From a bacterium (GTDB lineage: Bacteria > SAR324 > XYD2-FULL-50-16), in the NCBI GenBank assembly GCA_032250835.1, contig JAVVEA010000011.1, positions 18,211-82,210 on the forward strand: a stretch of DNA of 64,000 nucleotides, given 5' to 3'. The position numbers and the translations under genes are program-made. The notes under the pieces are model-generated. The model was not told where the DNA came from and made no database searches. It saw only the letters and a list, made by a program, of their open reading frames with translations. Below, piece after piece: positions 34,548-44,263 of the stretch (position 1 is its first letter; each line of letters opens with the position of its first letter).

Positions 34548-36635
34548 ATGAACATATTCCAAACCTTGTTTAGTAGACTTTCAGCCAACCAGCTGACCTT
34601 AGATCGCGAGGACCGGGTCCGCCGTCAGGTATTGCGCTGGACGCTGGCGGCGGCGATACCGGCCACGGGTTTCCATGCTTGGGTGCAATCGAACCCCCTG
34701 GGTTGGCAACCCTTGATCTGGAGTTTTCACGCAGTCTTGTGGGTTTTGTGGTTGCTCAACGAAACCAAGGCCTATGCCTGGGCCCCTAGACTGGCCGTTT
34801 TGGCCTTTTTCCTGACCCCCTTGGGGATGCTCGCTATTGGCAGCGAACAAGCCCTTAAATGGCAGGCTCCTTCGGTGGTTTTTGCGGGCCTGCTGATGGG
34901 TTGGCGCTGGGGAGGCGCGCTCTTGAGCGGGAATTTGGCGGTGTTGATGGTTATGCATCCACCCTGGATTCAAGGTTGGCTGCCTTTTACGGAACATTGC
35001 CTATTCTTGGGCACCCTATTTTTGTTTGCGGTCTTAACCGAGCAAGCGATACGAAATGACCGCCGAAGGTTGCGCCGCCACCGAGCCGAACTTGAAAGCC
35101 AAATTGAGCTCAACCAACGCCAGCAAGCCCAAATCACCCGCACCCGCACTTGGTTCGAGCAAACCCAACAAATCGCCCACTTAGGACTGATGGACCTGGA
35201 CCTAGAAAGCGAGACACTGCTTTGGTCCGATCAGTTTTACCGCCTCTTGGATTTAGAACCCGGCGAAGCGGAACCGGACCTAGCGCTATTTTATCGGGCG
35301 ATCCCTCCAGAAGACCGCCCCCGAATCGAACAGGCCTTAAATGACTTGATCATCGGCACTCGGCTCCGCTTCCGCTTGACCCACCAACTGAAACGCCAAG
35401 ACGGGCATTTTGTGGTCGTAGAGCAGCAGGGCCAAATCGCCACGCTCGAAGGAAAACCCCGTCTGCTGGTTTCGCTTTATGACTTAACTGAGTTACACTC
35501 CACCCAAAACCAAATCCGCCAAGCCCTGGCCGAGTCGGATTTGGCCCACCGAGCCAAGTCGGCCTTCTTGGCCAACATGAGCCATGAGCTACGCACACCG
35601 CTCAACGGGATTTTAGGGATGCTCCAATTGGCGCAACTGCAGGCGGTGAACGCCGAGCAAGCAGAGGAATTGGACACCGCCGAGCAAAGCGCCCAAAATT
35701 TATTGCGCTTGCTCAACAGCATCTTAGAGTTTTCGGAAATCGAGTCGGGACAGACCTCTTTAAAGGCCCAGCCCTTTAATCTAGCAACGGAGCTCAACCT
35801 TCTGATCGACTTGATGCAGCCCATTTTCCGCCAACAGGACCAAGAATTTACCTGCCAATTGGGCCCCGACTTGGACCAAGAATTTATCGGCGATGCCCGG
35901 CACCTCAAACAAATACTGAGCAACTTGCTGCACAACGCCCACAAGTTTGGGCAAAAGAAGCCGGTGCGGTTTGAAGCCCAATGGATCGCCCCGCCCCATA
36001 ACGCCCTGAGCATTGTGGTGGCCGACCAGGGCCCTGGGTTTGATAGGAACCGCTTAAAGGACTATTTAGAACCCTTTGGTCAAGGAGAGTCAGGCTACGT
36101 GCGGCAGTACGACGGAGTGGGCCTGGGCTTGAGTTTGGTCAAAAAATTGGTGGACCTGATGGAAGGCGAAATCCACTTCCACACCGCGCCCGGGGCCGGG
36201 TGCCGGGTGGAGTTGAGGCTGCCCTTAGCACGTACGGCAAAACTCAACCCGACGGCTATCGCTCATCCAAGCGGGCGGGTCTTGCTGGTCGAGGACAACC
36301 GCCTAAACCGTAAGCTTTCTCAAAAGGTCTTAGAGCAGCAAGGCCTTAGCGTCGAAACCGCCGCCAACGGGGAAGAGGCCCTGGACTTTTTAAGTAGCCA
36401 ACGGGTTGATTTTGTTTTGATGGACCTCAACATGCCGGTGATGGATGGCCTTTTGGCCACCCGCCTGATTAGAGCCGGCCAGACCTTAGACCCCAAGGTC
36501 CCGGTATATGGCCTGATCGGGCGCAACAACGAACAGAACCAACAAGAATCCGCGCGGGCCGGGATGGATGGCTTCCTCAACAAACCTTTAGAAAGCGCGC
36601 CCCTGGTTCAGTTGGTTGCACGCTACTGTGCTTGA
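34548..36635 (+). CDS. Membrane-bound hybrid sensor histidine kinase (TM region, PAS, HisKA, HATPase, receiver)
   Basis: FLANMSHELRTPLNG, NLLHNAHKF, DQGPG, GVGLGL, C-terminal receiver LLVEDN..MDLNMPVMDG..KP. Confidence 0.92.
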   Translation: MNIFQTLFSRLSANQLTLDREDRVRRQVLRWTLAAAIPATGFHAWVQSNPLGWQPLIWSFHAVLWVLWLLNETKAYAWAPRLAVLAFFLTPLGMLAIGSEQALKWQAPSVVFAGLLMGWRWGGALLSGNLAVLMVMHPPWIQGWLPFTEHCLFLGTLFLFAVLTEQAIRNDRRRLRRHRAELESQIELNQRQQAQITRTRTWFEQTQQIAHLGLMDLDLESETLLWSDQFYRLLDLEPGEAEPDLALFYRAIPPEDRPRIEQALNDLIIGTRLRFRLTHQLKRQDGHFVVVEQQGQIATLEGKPRLLVSLYDLTELHSTQNQIRQALAESDLAHRAKSAFLANMSHELRTPLNGILGMLQLAQLQAVNAEQAEELDTAEQSAQNLLRLLNSILEFSEIESGQTSLKAQPFNLATELNLLIDLMQPIFRQQDQEFTCQLGPDLDQEFIGDARHLKQILSNLLHNAHKFGQKKPVRFEAQWIAPPHNALSIVVADQGPGFDRNRLKDYLEPFGQGESGYVRQYDGVGLGLSLVKKLVDLMEGEIHFHTAPGAGCRVELRLPLARTAKLNPTAIAHPSGRVLLVEDNRLNRKLSQKVLEQQGLSVETAANGEEALDFLSSQRVDFVLMDLNMPVMDGLLATRLIRAGQTLDPKVPVYGLIGRNNEQNQQESARAGMDGFLNKPLESAPLVQLVARYCA

Positions 36636-36710
36636 GTCTGCTCAAGTCCCTCTTTACAGCCTGCGGTGGGGCCGCTAAGTTGGAGCAAACCCAACGGAGC
36701 TTTGAATTTT

Positions 36711-37703
36711 ATGGACTTAAAAAACAAGCGGGTACTAGTTACCGGTGCCGATGGTTTCATTGGCTCACACTTAAGCGAATACCTAGTCCCCCGCTGCGCT
36801 AAAGTGCGCGCCTTAGCGCTATACAACAGCTTCAACGATTGGGGTTGGTTAGAGCAAAGCCCTCACTTAAACCAAATGGAAGTGGTCAGCGGCGACGTGC
36901 GGGACCCCTTCTTCTGTAAAAAGATCACCGAAGACATCGACGTGGTCTTCCATTTAGCGGCATTGATCGCCATCCCCTATTCTTACGTGGCCCCACAGTC
37001 TTACGTGGAGACCAACGTGACCGGTACCTTAAACATGTGCCAAGCGGCCATGGAGCGGGGCTTGGATAAGATTTTGGTGACCAGCACCAGCGAGGTGTAC
37101 GGCACCGCCCAGTACGTCCCCATCGACGAGAAGCACCCGCTCCAACCCCAGTCGCCCTATTCGGCCAGTAAGATCGGCGCGGACGCTATGGCCATGAGCT
37201 ATTACAACGCCTTTGAGTTGCCTTTGTTCGTCGCCCGGCCTTTTAACACCTACGGCCCCCGCCAGTCGGCCCGCGCCGTGATCCCGACGATCATCAGCCA
37301 AATCGCCCAGGGCCAAAAACAAATCAAGCTCGGCGACTGTAGCCCGACGCGTGACTTCAACTATGTTTTAGATACCTGCGAAGGCATGGTGCAACTGATG
37401 GAATGCGACCAAGTGATCGGCAAGACCGTCAACATCGGCAGCAATTACGAGATCAGCGTACAAGACACCTTGGAGTTGATCAAAAAGCTGATGAAAAGCG
37501 ACGTGGAGTTGATCTTTGATGAGCAACGCATACGCCCCGGAAAATCCGAGGTCTTTAGGCTTTGGTGCGACAATAGCCAAATCCAGGCGTTGACCGGCTT
37601 TGCACCCAACTATGACATCGAGAAAGGCTTGAGCGAAACGATCCAATGGTTCACGGACCCTAAGAATTTAGCCCGCTACAAAGGGGATATTTACAATGTC
37701 TAA
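36711..37703 (+). CDS. legB: NAD-dependent NDP-GlcNAc 4,6-dehydratase, LegB type
   Basis: VTGADGFIGSHL, HLAALIAIPYSY, STSEVYG, PQSPYSASK, RPFNTYGPRQS; first gene of a Leg-type cluster. Confidence 0.85.
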   Translation: MDLKNKRVLVTGADGFIGSHLSEYLVPRCAKVRALALYNSFNDWGWLEQSPHLNQMEVVSGDVRDPFFCKKITEDIDVVFHLAALIAIPYSYVAPQSYVETNVTGTLNMCQAAMERGLDKILVTSTSEVYGTAQYVPIDEKHPLQPQSPYSASKIGADAMAMSYYNAFELPLFVARPFNTYGPRQSARAVIPTIISQIAQGQKQIKLGDCSPTRDFNYVLDTCEGMVQLMECDQVIGKTVNIGSNYEISVQDTLELIKKLMKSDVELIFDEQRIRPGKSEVFRLWCDNSQIQALTGFAPNYDIEKGLSETIQWFTDPKNLARYKGDIYNV

Positions 37704-38856
37704 GGCTCTAGCCGGTGAGGTAGCCGAACTGATCGCCTTTGTGCGCCAACAATACGCCACCGAGGAATTCATTCCCTTACATGCGCCGCGTTTTGAGGGC
37801 CGCGAAAAGGAGCTAGTGGTCGATTGTATCGACTCGACCTTTGTTTCTTCGGTAGGTAAATATGTAACCCAGTTTGAAGAAGAGATGGCCCGTTATGTGG
37901 GGGCCAAACATGCGGTTGCCACGGTCAACGGGACCCAAGCGTTATTTATCGCACTCAAGCTAATGGGGGCTGCGCCGGGCAAACTGGTCTTAACCCAGGC
38001 GCTGAGCTTTGCCGCTACCTGCAACGCGATTTGGTACACCGGAGCAGAGCCTGTCTTTTTGGATGTGGACCGCGACAGCATGGGCTTGAGCCCGGCGGCC
38101 TTAGAGCGCTACTTAAGCGAAGAGGCAGAACAGGTCGGCGACAAATGGTTCGACAAAGCCCAGGGCAAAGAAATCTGCGCCATTGTGCCCATGCACACCT
38201 GCGGATTCCCCGCCAAAATCGACGTGCTCACCTTTTTAGCCGAGCGCCACGGCATCCCTTTGGTCGAGGATGCCGCCGAATCCTTAGGCTCCTTTTACGC
38301 CGGCCAACACACCGGCACCTTTGGGACTTTGGGGATCTTCAGCTTCAACGGCAATAAGGTGATCACCACCGGCGGCGGCGGCATGATCGTCACCAATGAC
38401 TCCGAATTGGCCGCCCACGCCAAACATTTGACCACCACCGCCAAGCGCCCCCATGCCTGGGAGTTTTTCCACGACGAAATGGGCTATAACTTCCGCCTGC
38501 CTAACCTCAACGCGGCTTTGGGCGTGGCGCAGATGGAAAAGCTGGAAGAATTTGTGCAGAACAAACGGGTCTTAGCTGGGTCCTACCGCCACTTCTTTGA
38601 AGGCAAACATATCCGTTTTGTCGAAGAGGCCGACCAAGTTAGGGCCAACTATTGGCTCAATGCGGTGGTCTTGGGCGACCTGAGCGAACGCGAGGCCTTT
38701 TTAGAAGCCACCAACCAAGCCGGGGTGATGACGCGCCCCCTTTGGACCCCGCTGAACCGACTGCCTTACAACAAAAATTGCTACCACGACAGCCTAGAGA
38801 ACACCGACTGGCTTTTTGACCGGGTGGTGAACCTACCCTCTAGCGTGCGGGGCTGA
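37696..38856 (+). CDS. legC: PLP-dependent sugar aminotransferase, LegC type
   Basis: FIPLHAPRF, STFVSSVG, EDAAESLGS, SFNGNKVITTGGGG, GYNFRLPNLNAALG. Confidence 0.88.
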   Translation: MSKALAGEVAELIAFVRQQYATEEFIPLHAPRFEGREKELVVDCIDSTFVSSVGKYVTQFEEEMARYVGAKHAVATVNGTQALFIALKLMGAAPGKLVLTQALSFAATCNAIWYTGAEPVFLDVDRDSMGLSPAALERYLSEEAEQVGDKWFDKAQGKEICAIVPMHTCGFPAKIDVLTFLAERHGIPLVEDAAESLGSFYAGQHTGTFGTLGIFSFNGNKVITTGGGGMIVTNDSELAAHAKHLTTTAKRPHAWEFFHDEMGYNFRLPNLNAALGVAQMEKLEEFVQNKRVLAGSYRHFFEGKHIRFVEEADQVRANYWLNAVVLGDLSEREAFLEATNQAGVMTRPLWTPLNRLPYNKNCYHDSLENTDWLFDRVVNLPSSVRG

Positions 38857-38858
38857 GG

Positions 38859-39491
38859 ATGGAATCCCTGATTTTATTGGGTGCTGGCACCCATGCCAAG
38901 GCCTGTATCGATGTGATCGAAACCGAAGGCCGCTATAAGATCAAGGGGATTTTAGACCAGCCCGATCGGGTGGGCGAAGACTTTCTGGGCTATCAGTTAA
39001 TCGGCACCGTCGAAGACCTCCGCCAATTGGCCCCAGACCATGTCTTTTTGGTCAGCGTAGGCCAGCATTTGATGAGCGAGCCACGCACCTTTTTGTACAA
39101 AGCCGTGATGGAAGTTGGGGGTCAGTTGGCCAGCCCTGTTTCCCCCTTGGCCCAGGTTTCCCGGCATGCCCAAGTAGGCGCAGGCACGCTGGTTTTGCCG
39201 CACGCCTTGGTTAGCGCCGGGGCGCAAGTGGGCGTCAATTGCATTTTAGGGGCCGGTTGCCTGATCGAGCCCGACGCAGAGGTAGGCGACCATTGCCATA
39301 TCGGCTCGGGCGCGATTTTAAATGCCGGGGCCCAAGTGGGCAACTTGACCTTGGTGGGCAGCCGCACGGTTTTCGAAGGGCGCATCAAAACCCCAGGGCG
39401 CTCGGCCGTACCCATCGGCAGCTTAGTTTACCGAACCCAGCGCGGGGAGATCAAAGTCTTCCCCGAAGGCCTCAAACACGAAGACCATTAA
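38859..39491 (+). CDS. NeuD/PglD-like sugar acetyltransferase homologue (catalytic His replaced)
   Basis: LLGAGTHA N-terminus and hexapeptide repeats; IEPD where active members have EH. Confidence 0.75.
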   Translation: MESLILLGAGTHAKACIDVIETEGRYKIKGILDQPDRVGEDFLGYQLIGTVEDLRQLAPDHVFLVSVGQHLMSEPRTFLYKAVMEVGGQLASPVSPLAQVSRHAQVGAGTLVLPHALVSAGAQVGVNCILGAGCLIEPDAEVGDHCHIGSGAILNAGAQVGNLTLVGSRTVFEGRIKTPGRSAVPIGSLVYRTQRGEIKVFPEGLKHEDH

Positions 39492-39510
39492 CCCCTTGGG
39501 AGCATCGGCC

Positions 39511-40269
39511 ATGTTAGCGGATCAGAACATTTTGGTTACCGGGGGCTGCGGCCTGTTGGGTAAGGAATTCGGTAAAGCCCTGGCTCTAGCCGGAGCGCGG
39601 GTGATTTTGGCCGATGTATTAAGCCCCGAAGCGGGCGAAAAGATCGCCCAAGGCTTGGGCGAGGCGGTCTTTTATCGCCAAATGGACATCACCGACAAAG
39701 CCCAGATCGAGGGGGTCTTTAAGGAATGCCAGAGCACCTTCGGCGGCATCCGGGGCTTGGTCAACAACGCCTACCCGCGCAACAAAAACTATGGCCGCCA
39801 GTTTTTTGAGGTCGAATACGCAGATTTCTGCGAGAATCTCTCACTGAACCTAGGCGGATATTTCTTGACCAGTCAGGTAGCGGCCAAGTTTTTTAAGGAG
39901 CAGGGCGGCGGGAACATTGTCAATATTTCGTCAATCTATGGCGTGATTGCGCCACACTTTCAGGTATATGAAGGCACCAAGATGAGCATGCCGGTCGAAT
40001 ACGCCGCCATCAAAGCCGGGCTGTTACACCTGACCAAATACATGGCCGCTTACCTCAAGGACACCGGGGTCCGGGTCAACGCCATCAGCCCCGGCGGGAT
40101 CTTAGACCAGCAGCCCGAACCCTTCTTGTCTCAGTACAAAAAGTTTTGTAGTTCTAAAGGGATGCTGGACCCGGCGGACATCACCGGAGCCTTGGTCTTT
40201 TTGCTCTCGCCTGCTTCCCAATACATGAACGGGCAAAATCTAGTGGTTGACGACGGTTTCACCCTTTAG
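39511..40269 (+). CDS. ptmA: SDR oxidoreductase, PtmA (flagellin modification protein A)-like
   Basis: TGGCGLLG, NNAYPRNKNYG, SSIYG, EYAAIK (YxxxK), RVNAISPGG. Confidence 0.75.
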   Translation: MLADQNILVTGGCGLLGKEFGKALALAGARVILADVLSPEAGEKIAQGLGEAVFYRQMDITDKAQIEGVFKECQSTFGGIRGLVNNAYPRNKNYGRQFFEVEYADFCENLSLNLGGYFLTSQVAAKFFKEQGGGNIVNISSIYGVIAPHFQVYEGTKMSMPVEYAAIKAGLLHLTKYMAAYLKDTGVRVNAISPGGILDQQPEPFLSQYKKFCSSKGMLDPADITGALVFLLSPASQYMNGQNLVVDDGFTL

Positions 40270-40280
40270 CAGAGTCGCTA

Positions 40281-40916
40281 ATGCCCAAAGAACTGATCCT
40301 GATCGGCGCAGGTGGCCATGCCCAGGCTTGTATCGATGTGATTGAAGCGGCGGGCCGTTTCCAAATCATCGGCTTGACCGACCAGGCATTAGAACCGGGA
40401 ACCCAACTGCTGGGCTACCCGGTCTTGGGTCCTGACGAAGCCTTGATGGAATATACCCAGGGGGACCGTGCCGCTTTGGTCGCACTGGGGCACTTAGGCA
40501 AACCAGACCTACGGATCAAGTTGTTTGTCATGGCCCATGCTATGGGCTTTGACCTACCGGTTATCCAAGCGCCTAGCGCCCAGGTCTCTAAACATGCCCA
40601 GTTGGGGCTGGGCAGCATCGTTATGCACCAAGCAACGGTCCAGGCCCAGGCGGTGGTGGGCGAAAATTGCATCCTCAACGACCATTGTTTGGTCGAACAT
40701 GGTGCGGTGGTCGGGGCCCATTGCCACATTTCTACCGGAGCCTTGGTCAACGGCGAGGCTCGGGTCGCTGAAGGCGTATTTGTGGGGAGCGGGGCAATCT
40801 TGCGCGAAGGGATTCAACTTTCGCCCGGAGTGGTGGTCGGGGCCGGAGCAGTGGTCACCAAGGATTTACATGAGCCCGGTGTATACGTAGGCAACCCGGC
40901 CCGCAAACTCAGCTAA
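40281..40916 (+). CDS. NeuD/PglD-like sugar N/O-acetyltransferase
   Basis: IGAGGHA, hexapeptide repeats, VEHG (catalytic His retained), GNPARKL. Confidence 0.88.
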   Translation: MPKELILIGAGGHAQACIDVIEAAGRFQIIGLTDQALEPGTQLLGYPVLGPDEALMEYTQGDRAALVALGHLGKPDLRIKLFVMAHAMGFDLPVIQAPSAQVSKHAQLGLGSIVMHQATVQAQAVVGENCILNDHCLVEHGAVVGAHCHISTGALVNGEARVAEGVFVGSGAILREGIQLSPGVVVGAGAVVTKDLHEPGVYVGNPARKLS

Positions 40917-40930
40917 ACCTAAGGATTTTC

Positions 40931-41932
40931 ATGTCTTGCCTGATCATCGCCGAAGCAGGGGTCAACCACAACGGGGACCTGCAACTAGCCAAGGACCTGA
41001 TCGACGCCGCCGCCGATGCGGGGGTGGACTTCGTTAAGTTCCAAACCTTTAAAGCCGAAAAACTGGTCACCGCCAGTGCCCAACAGGCAGACTACCAAAA
41101 GGCCAACACCGGCAAAGACGAAGGCCAACTGGCCATGATCAAAAGGCTGGAATTAGACCTAGAGGCTCATCATGTCTTGATGGAGCATGCAAAATCCAAA
41201 GGAGTGGCCTTTTTGTCTACCGCCTTTGACCTTGAAAGCATCGACTTATTAGACCAATTGGGCCTACCGCTCTTTAAGGTGCCTTCGGGCGAGATCACCA
41301 ACCTACCCTATTTGCGGCATATTGCCTCTAAAGGCAAACCGGTCATTATCTCGACCGGGATGGCCCTCTTAGGTGAGGTAGAAGCAGCCCTACAGGTCTT
41401 TTTAGATGCCGGAATGAGCCGCAATCAAGTGAGCATCTTACACTGCACCACCGAATACCCCACCCCGCCCGAAGAGGTGAACCTTTTGGCCATGAAAACC
41501 CTGGGCCGCGCGCTGCGCTGTCCGGTGGGCTATTCGGACCACAGCCAAGGAATTGAGGTGCCCATTGCGGCGGTGGCCTTAGGGGCTCAAATCATCGAAA
41601 AGCACTTCACCATGGACCGCAACCTGCCCGGTCCAGACCACAAAGCTAGCCTAGAACCCGCTGAGTTGACCGCCATGGTCCGCGGTATCCGCAAGATCGA
41701 GCTGGCCTTAGGCGACGGCATCAAACGGCTGACCCCTTCAGAAACCAAAAACCGGCCCATTGCCCGCAAGTCCTTGGTTGCCGCCTGTTTGATCCGCAAA
41801 GGAGAGGTCTTTAGCGACCACAACCTTACCGCTAAACGCCCCGGCACAGGTTTGAGCCCCATGGAGTGGGACCGGCTGATCGGACGGACCGCCAGCCGGG
41901 ATTACCAACCTGATGACCTGATCGAGCCATGA
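40931..41932 (+). CDS. legI: Nonulosonate synthase (N,N'-diacetyllegionaminate synthase, NeuB family)
   Basis: IIAEAGVNHNG, VKFQTF, KVPSGEITN, LHCTTEYP, GYSDH, IEKHFT, GPDH, C-terminal SAF domain. Confidence 0.9.
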   Translation: MSCLIIAEAGVNHNGDLQLAKDLIDAAADAGVDFVKFQTFKAEKLVTASAQQADYQKANTGKDEGQLAMIKRLELDLEAHHVLMEHAKSKGVAFLSTAFDLESIDLLDQLGLPLFKVPSGEITNLPYLRHIASKGKPVIISTGMALLGEVEAALQVFLDAGMSRNQVSILHCTTEYPTPPEEVNLLAMKTLGRALRCPVGYSDHSQGIEVPIAAVALGAQIIEKHFTMDRNLPGPDHKASLEPAELTAMVRGIRKIELALGDGIKRLTPSETKNRPIARKSLVAACLIRKGEVFSDHNLTAKRPGTGLSPMEWDRLIGRTASRDYQPDDLIEP

Positions 41933-43110
41933 AGTTGCGGATTTTGGTGGTGACCACTTCGCGGGCTGATTATGGCTTGCTTAAACCGTTGGTAGAAGCC
42001 TTGAGCGCCGAATCGGACTTTGAGGTCCTGCTGGCCGCTACGGGCAGCCACCTTTCGGAGCACCACGGCCATACCTTGGACTTCATCACATCCGATGGCT
42101 TCAATCTAGCCGCCCAAATTCTGATGAATCCGCCGAGCAACGATGCCGCGGGTACCGCCCAAGCCGTGGCCGCTGGCATCCAAGGATTCTCTCAAGCGAT
42201 CACTGGATTGAGCCCCCATTTGATGGTGGTGTTAGGTGACCGTTTTGAATTGCTCGCGGCCTGCGACGCTGCGTTGCTACACCGGTTGCCTATTGCCCAC
42301 CTGCACGGCGGCGAGCGCACCGAAGGAGCCCTGGACGAGGCGATCCGCCATATGGTCACCAAGATGGCGGCACTGCACTTTCCGGCAATGGCCGAATATG
42401 GACGGCGCATCGTCCAGATGGGCGAGCGGCCCGAGCGAGTCTTTGTGGTGGGGGCCTTAGGGATCGACAATGCCCTCAATGTTATGCCTTTAAGCCGCGC
42501 CGAGTTGAGCGAACAAGTGGGCGTAGATTTCAACCAACCTTTGGCACTGATGACTTTCCACCCCGTCACCTTAGACGGTGAGGCCGAGGCACTACGCCAG
42601 ATCGACGAAGTTTTGGGGGCGGTCCTTGCACAGGACCTTCCCACGCTGGTCACCATGCCCAACGCCGACCCGGCTTCAGACGTGATCTACCGCCGCTTGT
42701 TAGAAACCTCGCAGCAACACCCCGAAAAACTGCAACTACGCAAGAACCTGGGGCAGCGGGGTTATCTAAGCGCCATGCGGTACGCCACCTTGATGTTAGG
42801 TAACAGTTCCAGTGGCGTGATTGAAACGCCTAGTTTCGCCCTACCTACCGTCAATATTGGCGACCGGCAAAAGGGCCGCTTCCTTCCCCAGAACGTAATC
42901 CAAGTTCCTTGCGAGCGGGCAGCAATCTCAGGGGCTTTGGCCCAGGCCCGTTCTACGGAATTCAAAGAGAGCCTAAAGGGCCTGAGCAGTCCTTTTGGCA
43001 AGGGAGATGCAGCCCAACAGATAACCCAAGTTCTGCGTCAATTTAAGGACCGGCTTTTACGCCAACCGGCAGGACTGCTGAAAAAAAGCTTTTTTGACCT
43101 TCCGTCTTAA
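41929..43110 (+). CDS. legG: Hydrolysing NDP-diacetamido-sugar 2-epimerase (NeuC/LegG)
   Basis: TTSRADYG, LGDRFE, HLHGGE, DEAIRH, TFHP, GNSSSG, NIGDRQ. Confidence 0.9.
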   Translation: MKLRILVVTTSRADYGLLKPLVEALSAESDFEVLLAATGSHLSEHHGHTLDFITSDGFNLAAQILMNPPSNDAAGTAQAVAAGIQGFSQAITGLSPHLMVVLGDRFELLAACDAALLHRLPIAHLHGGERTEGALDEAIRHMVTKMAALHFPAMAEYGRRIVQMGERPERVFVVGALGIDNALNVMPLSRAELSEQVGVDFNQPLALMTFHPVTLDGEAEALRQIDEVLGAVLAQDLPTLVTMPNADPASDVIYRRLLETSQQHPEKLQLRKNLGQRGYLSAMRYATLMLGNSSSGVIETPSFALPTVNIGDRQKGRFLPQNVIQVPCERAAISGALAQARSTEFKESLKGLSSPFGKGDAAQQITQVLRQFKDRLLRQPAGLLKKSFFDLPS

Positions 43111-43136
43111 ACCGGACCAACCAGACCCTTGCCCCT

Positions 43137-44186
43137 ATGAAAAACTTCTTAGACGCTACCATCCCCGCCGACGCTAAGCTTTCCCATGCGATTTCGGTGA
43201 TCGACGCCACCAGAGCCCAGATTGCCTTGGTCGTAGACGAGCAAAACCACCTCTTAGGGACCATCACCGATGGGGATATTCGCCGCGCTTTCTTGCGGGG
43301 CGTTCAACTGGATTCGGGCATCCAAGAAGTGATGAATCCACAGCCCACCACCGCCAGGATTGAGTCGACCAAAGGTGAGTTGCTGGCCCTAATGAACGCC
43401 AAAAGCCTGCGGCACATCCCCTTGCTCAACGAGCAAGGGGTTTTGGTGGGTTTAGAGATCTTCAAGGAGCTGCTCACACCAGAAAAACGCGACAACTGGG
43501 TGGTCTTGATGGTCGGCGGATTGGGGACGAGGCTACGCCCCCTAACGGATGACACCCCCAAACCCCTGCTCAAGGTGGGCAATAAGCCGATCTTAGAGAC
43601 CATTGTCGAGCAATTCTTGGAATATGGCTTCCACCGCTTCTATTTCTGCGTCAACTACCAGAGCGAAAAGATTGTGCAACATTTTGGCGACGGTTCCCGC
43701 TGGGGCGCGGAGATCCGTTATGTGGAAGAACAAAACCGCATGGGCACCGCAGGGGCCTTGGGTCTTTTGCCCGAGCGCCCCCAAGAGCCGGTGGTGGTGA
43801 TGAATGGGGATCTCCTCACCAAAGCCAACTTCAGCCACCTGTTAGACTTCTTAGAAGACAACCAAGCCTTGGGTGTGATGTGCGTGCGTGAATATGACTT
43901 TCAGGTACCCTACGGCGTTGTGAACCTCAAGGACCACCAAATCACAAGCATCGACGAGAAGCCGACCCATCGTTTTTTTGTGAACGCTGGAATCTACGCC
44001 TTAAGCCCCGAGGCCTTGGAACTGATCCCCCCGGACCGCTTTTTTGACATGCCCGAGTTGTTTGGCCTAATGATCGCCCAGCAGAAACCGGCCTTAGCTT
44101 TCCCGATGCGCGAATATTGGATGGATATTGGTCAAATCGACGATTTCCACAAAGCCCGTAGTGAATTTGACCAAATATTCGGCTGA
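43137..44186 (+). CDS. ptmE: CBS-domain nucleotidyltransferase (PtmE-like GlcN-1-P guanylyltransferase)
   Basis: Tandem CBS domains (GTITDGDIRR), MVGGLGTRL.PLT...PKPLL, MNGDLLT, WMDIG. Confidence 0.82.
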   Translation: MKNFLDATIPADAKLSHAISVIDATRAQIALVVDEQNHLLGTITDGDIRRAFLRGVQLDSGIQEVMNPQPTTARIESTKGELLALMNAKSLRHIPLLNEQGVLVGLEIFKELLTPEKRDNWVVLMVGGLGTRLRPLTDDTPKPLLKVGNKPILETIVEQFLEYGFHRFYFCVNYQSEKIVQHFGDGSRWGAEIRYVEEQNRMGTAGALGLLPERPQEPVVVMNGDLLTKANFSHLLDFLEDNQALGVMCVREYDFQVPYGVVNLKDHQITSIDEKPTHRFFVNAGIYALSPEALELIPPDRFFDMPELFGLMIAQQKPALAFPMREYWMDIGQIDDFHKARSEFDQIFG

Positions 44187-44263
44187 TCCTCTGGCAAATT
44201 AGTCTAGCCAAATCCTTCCCGATTCGATAAACAAGGAAATCCGCGCAACTACCTCTACTTAAT

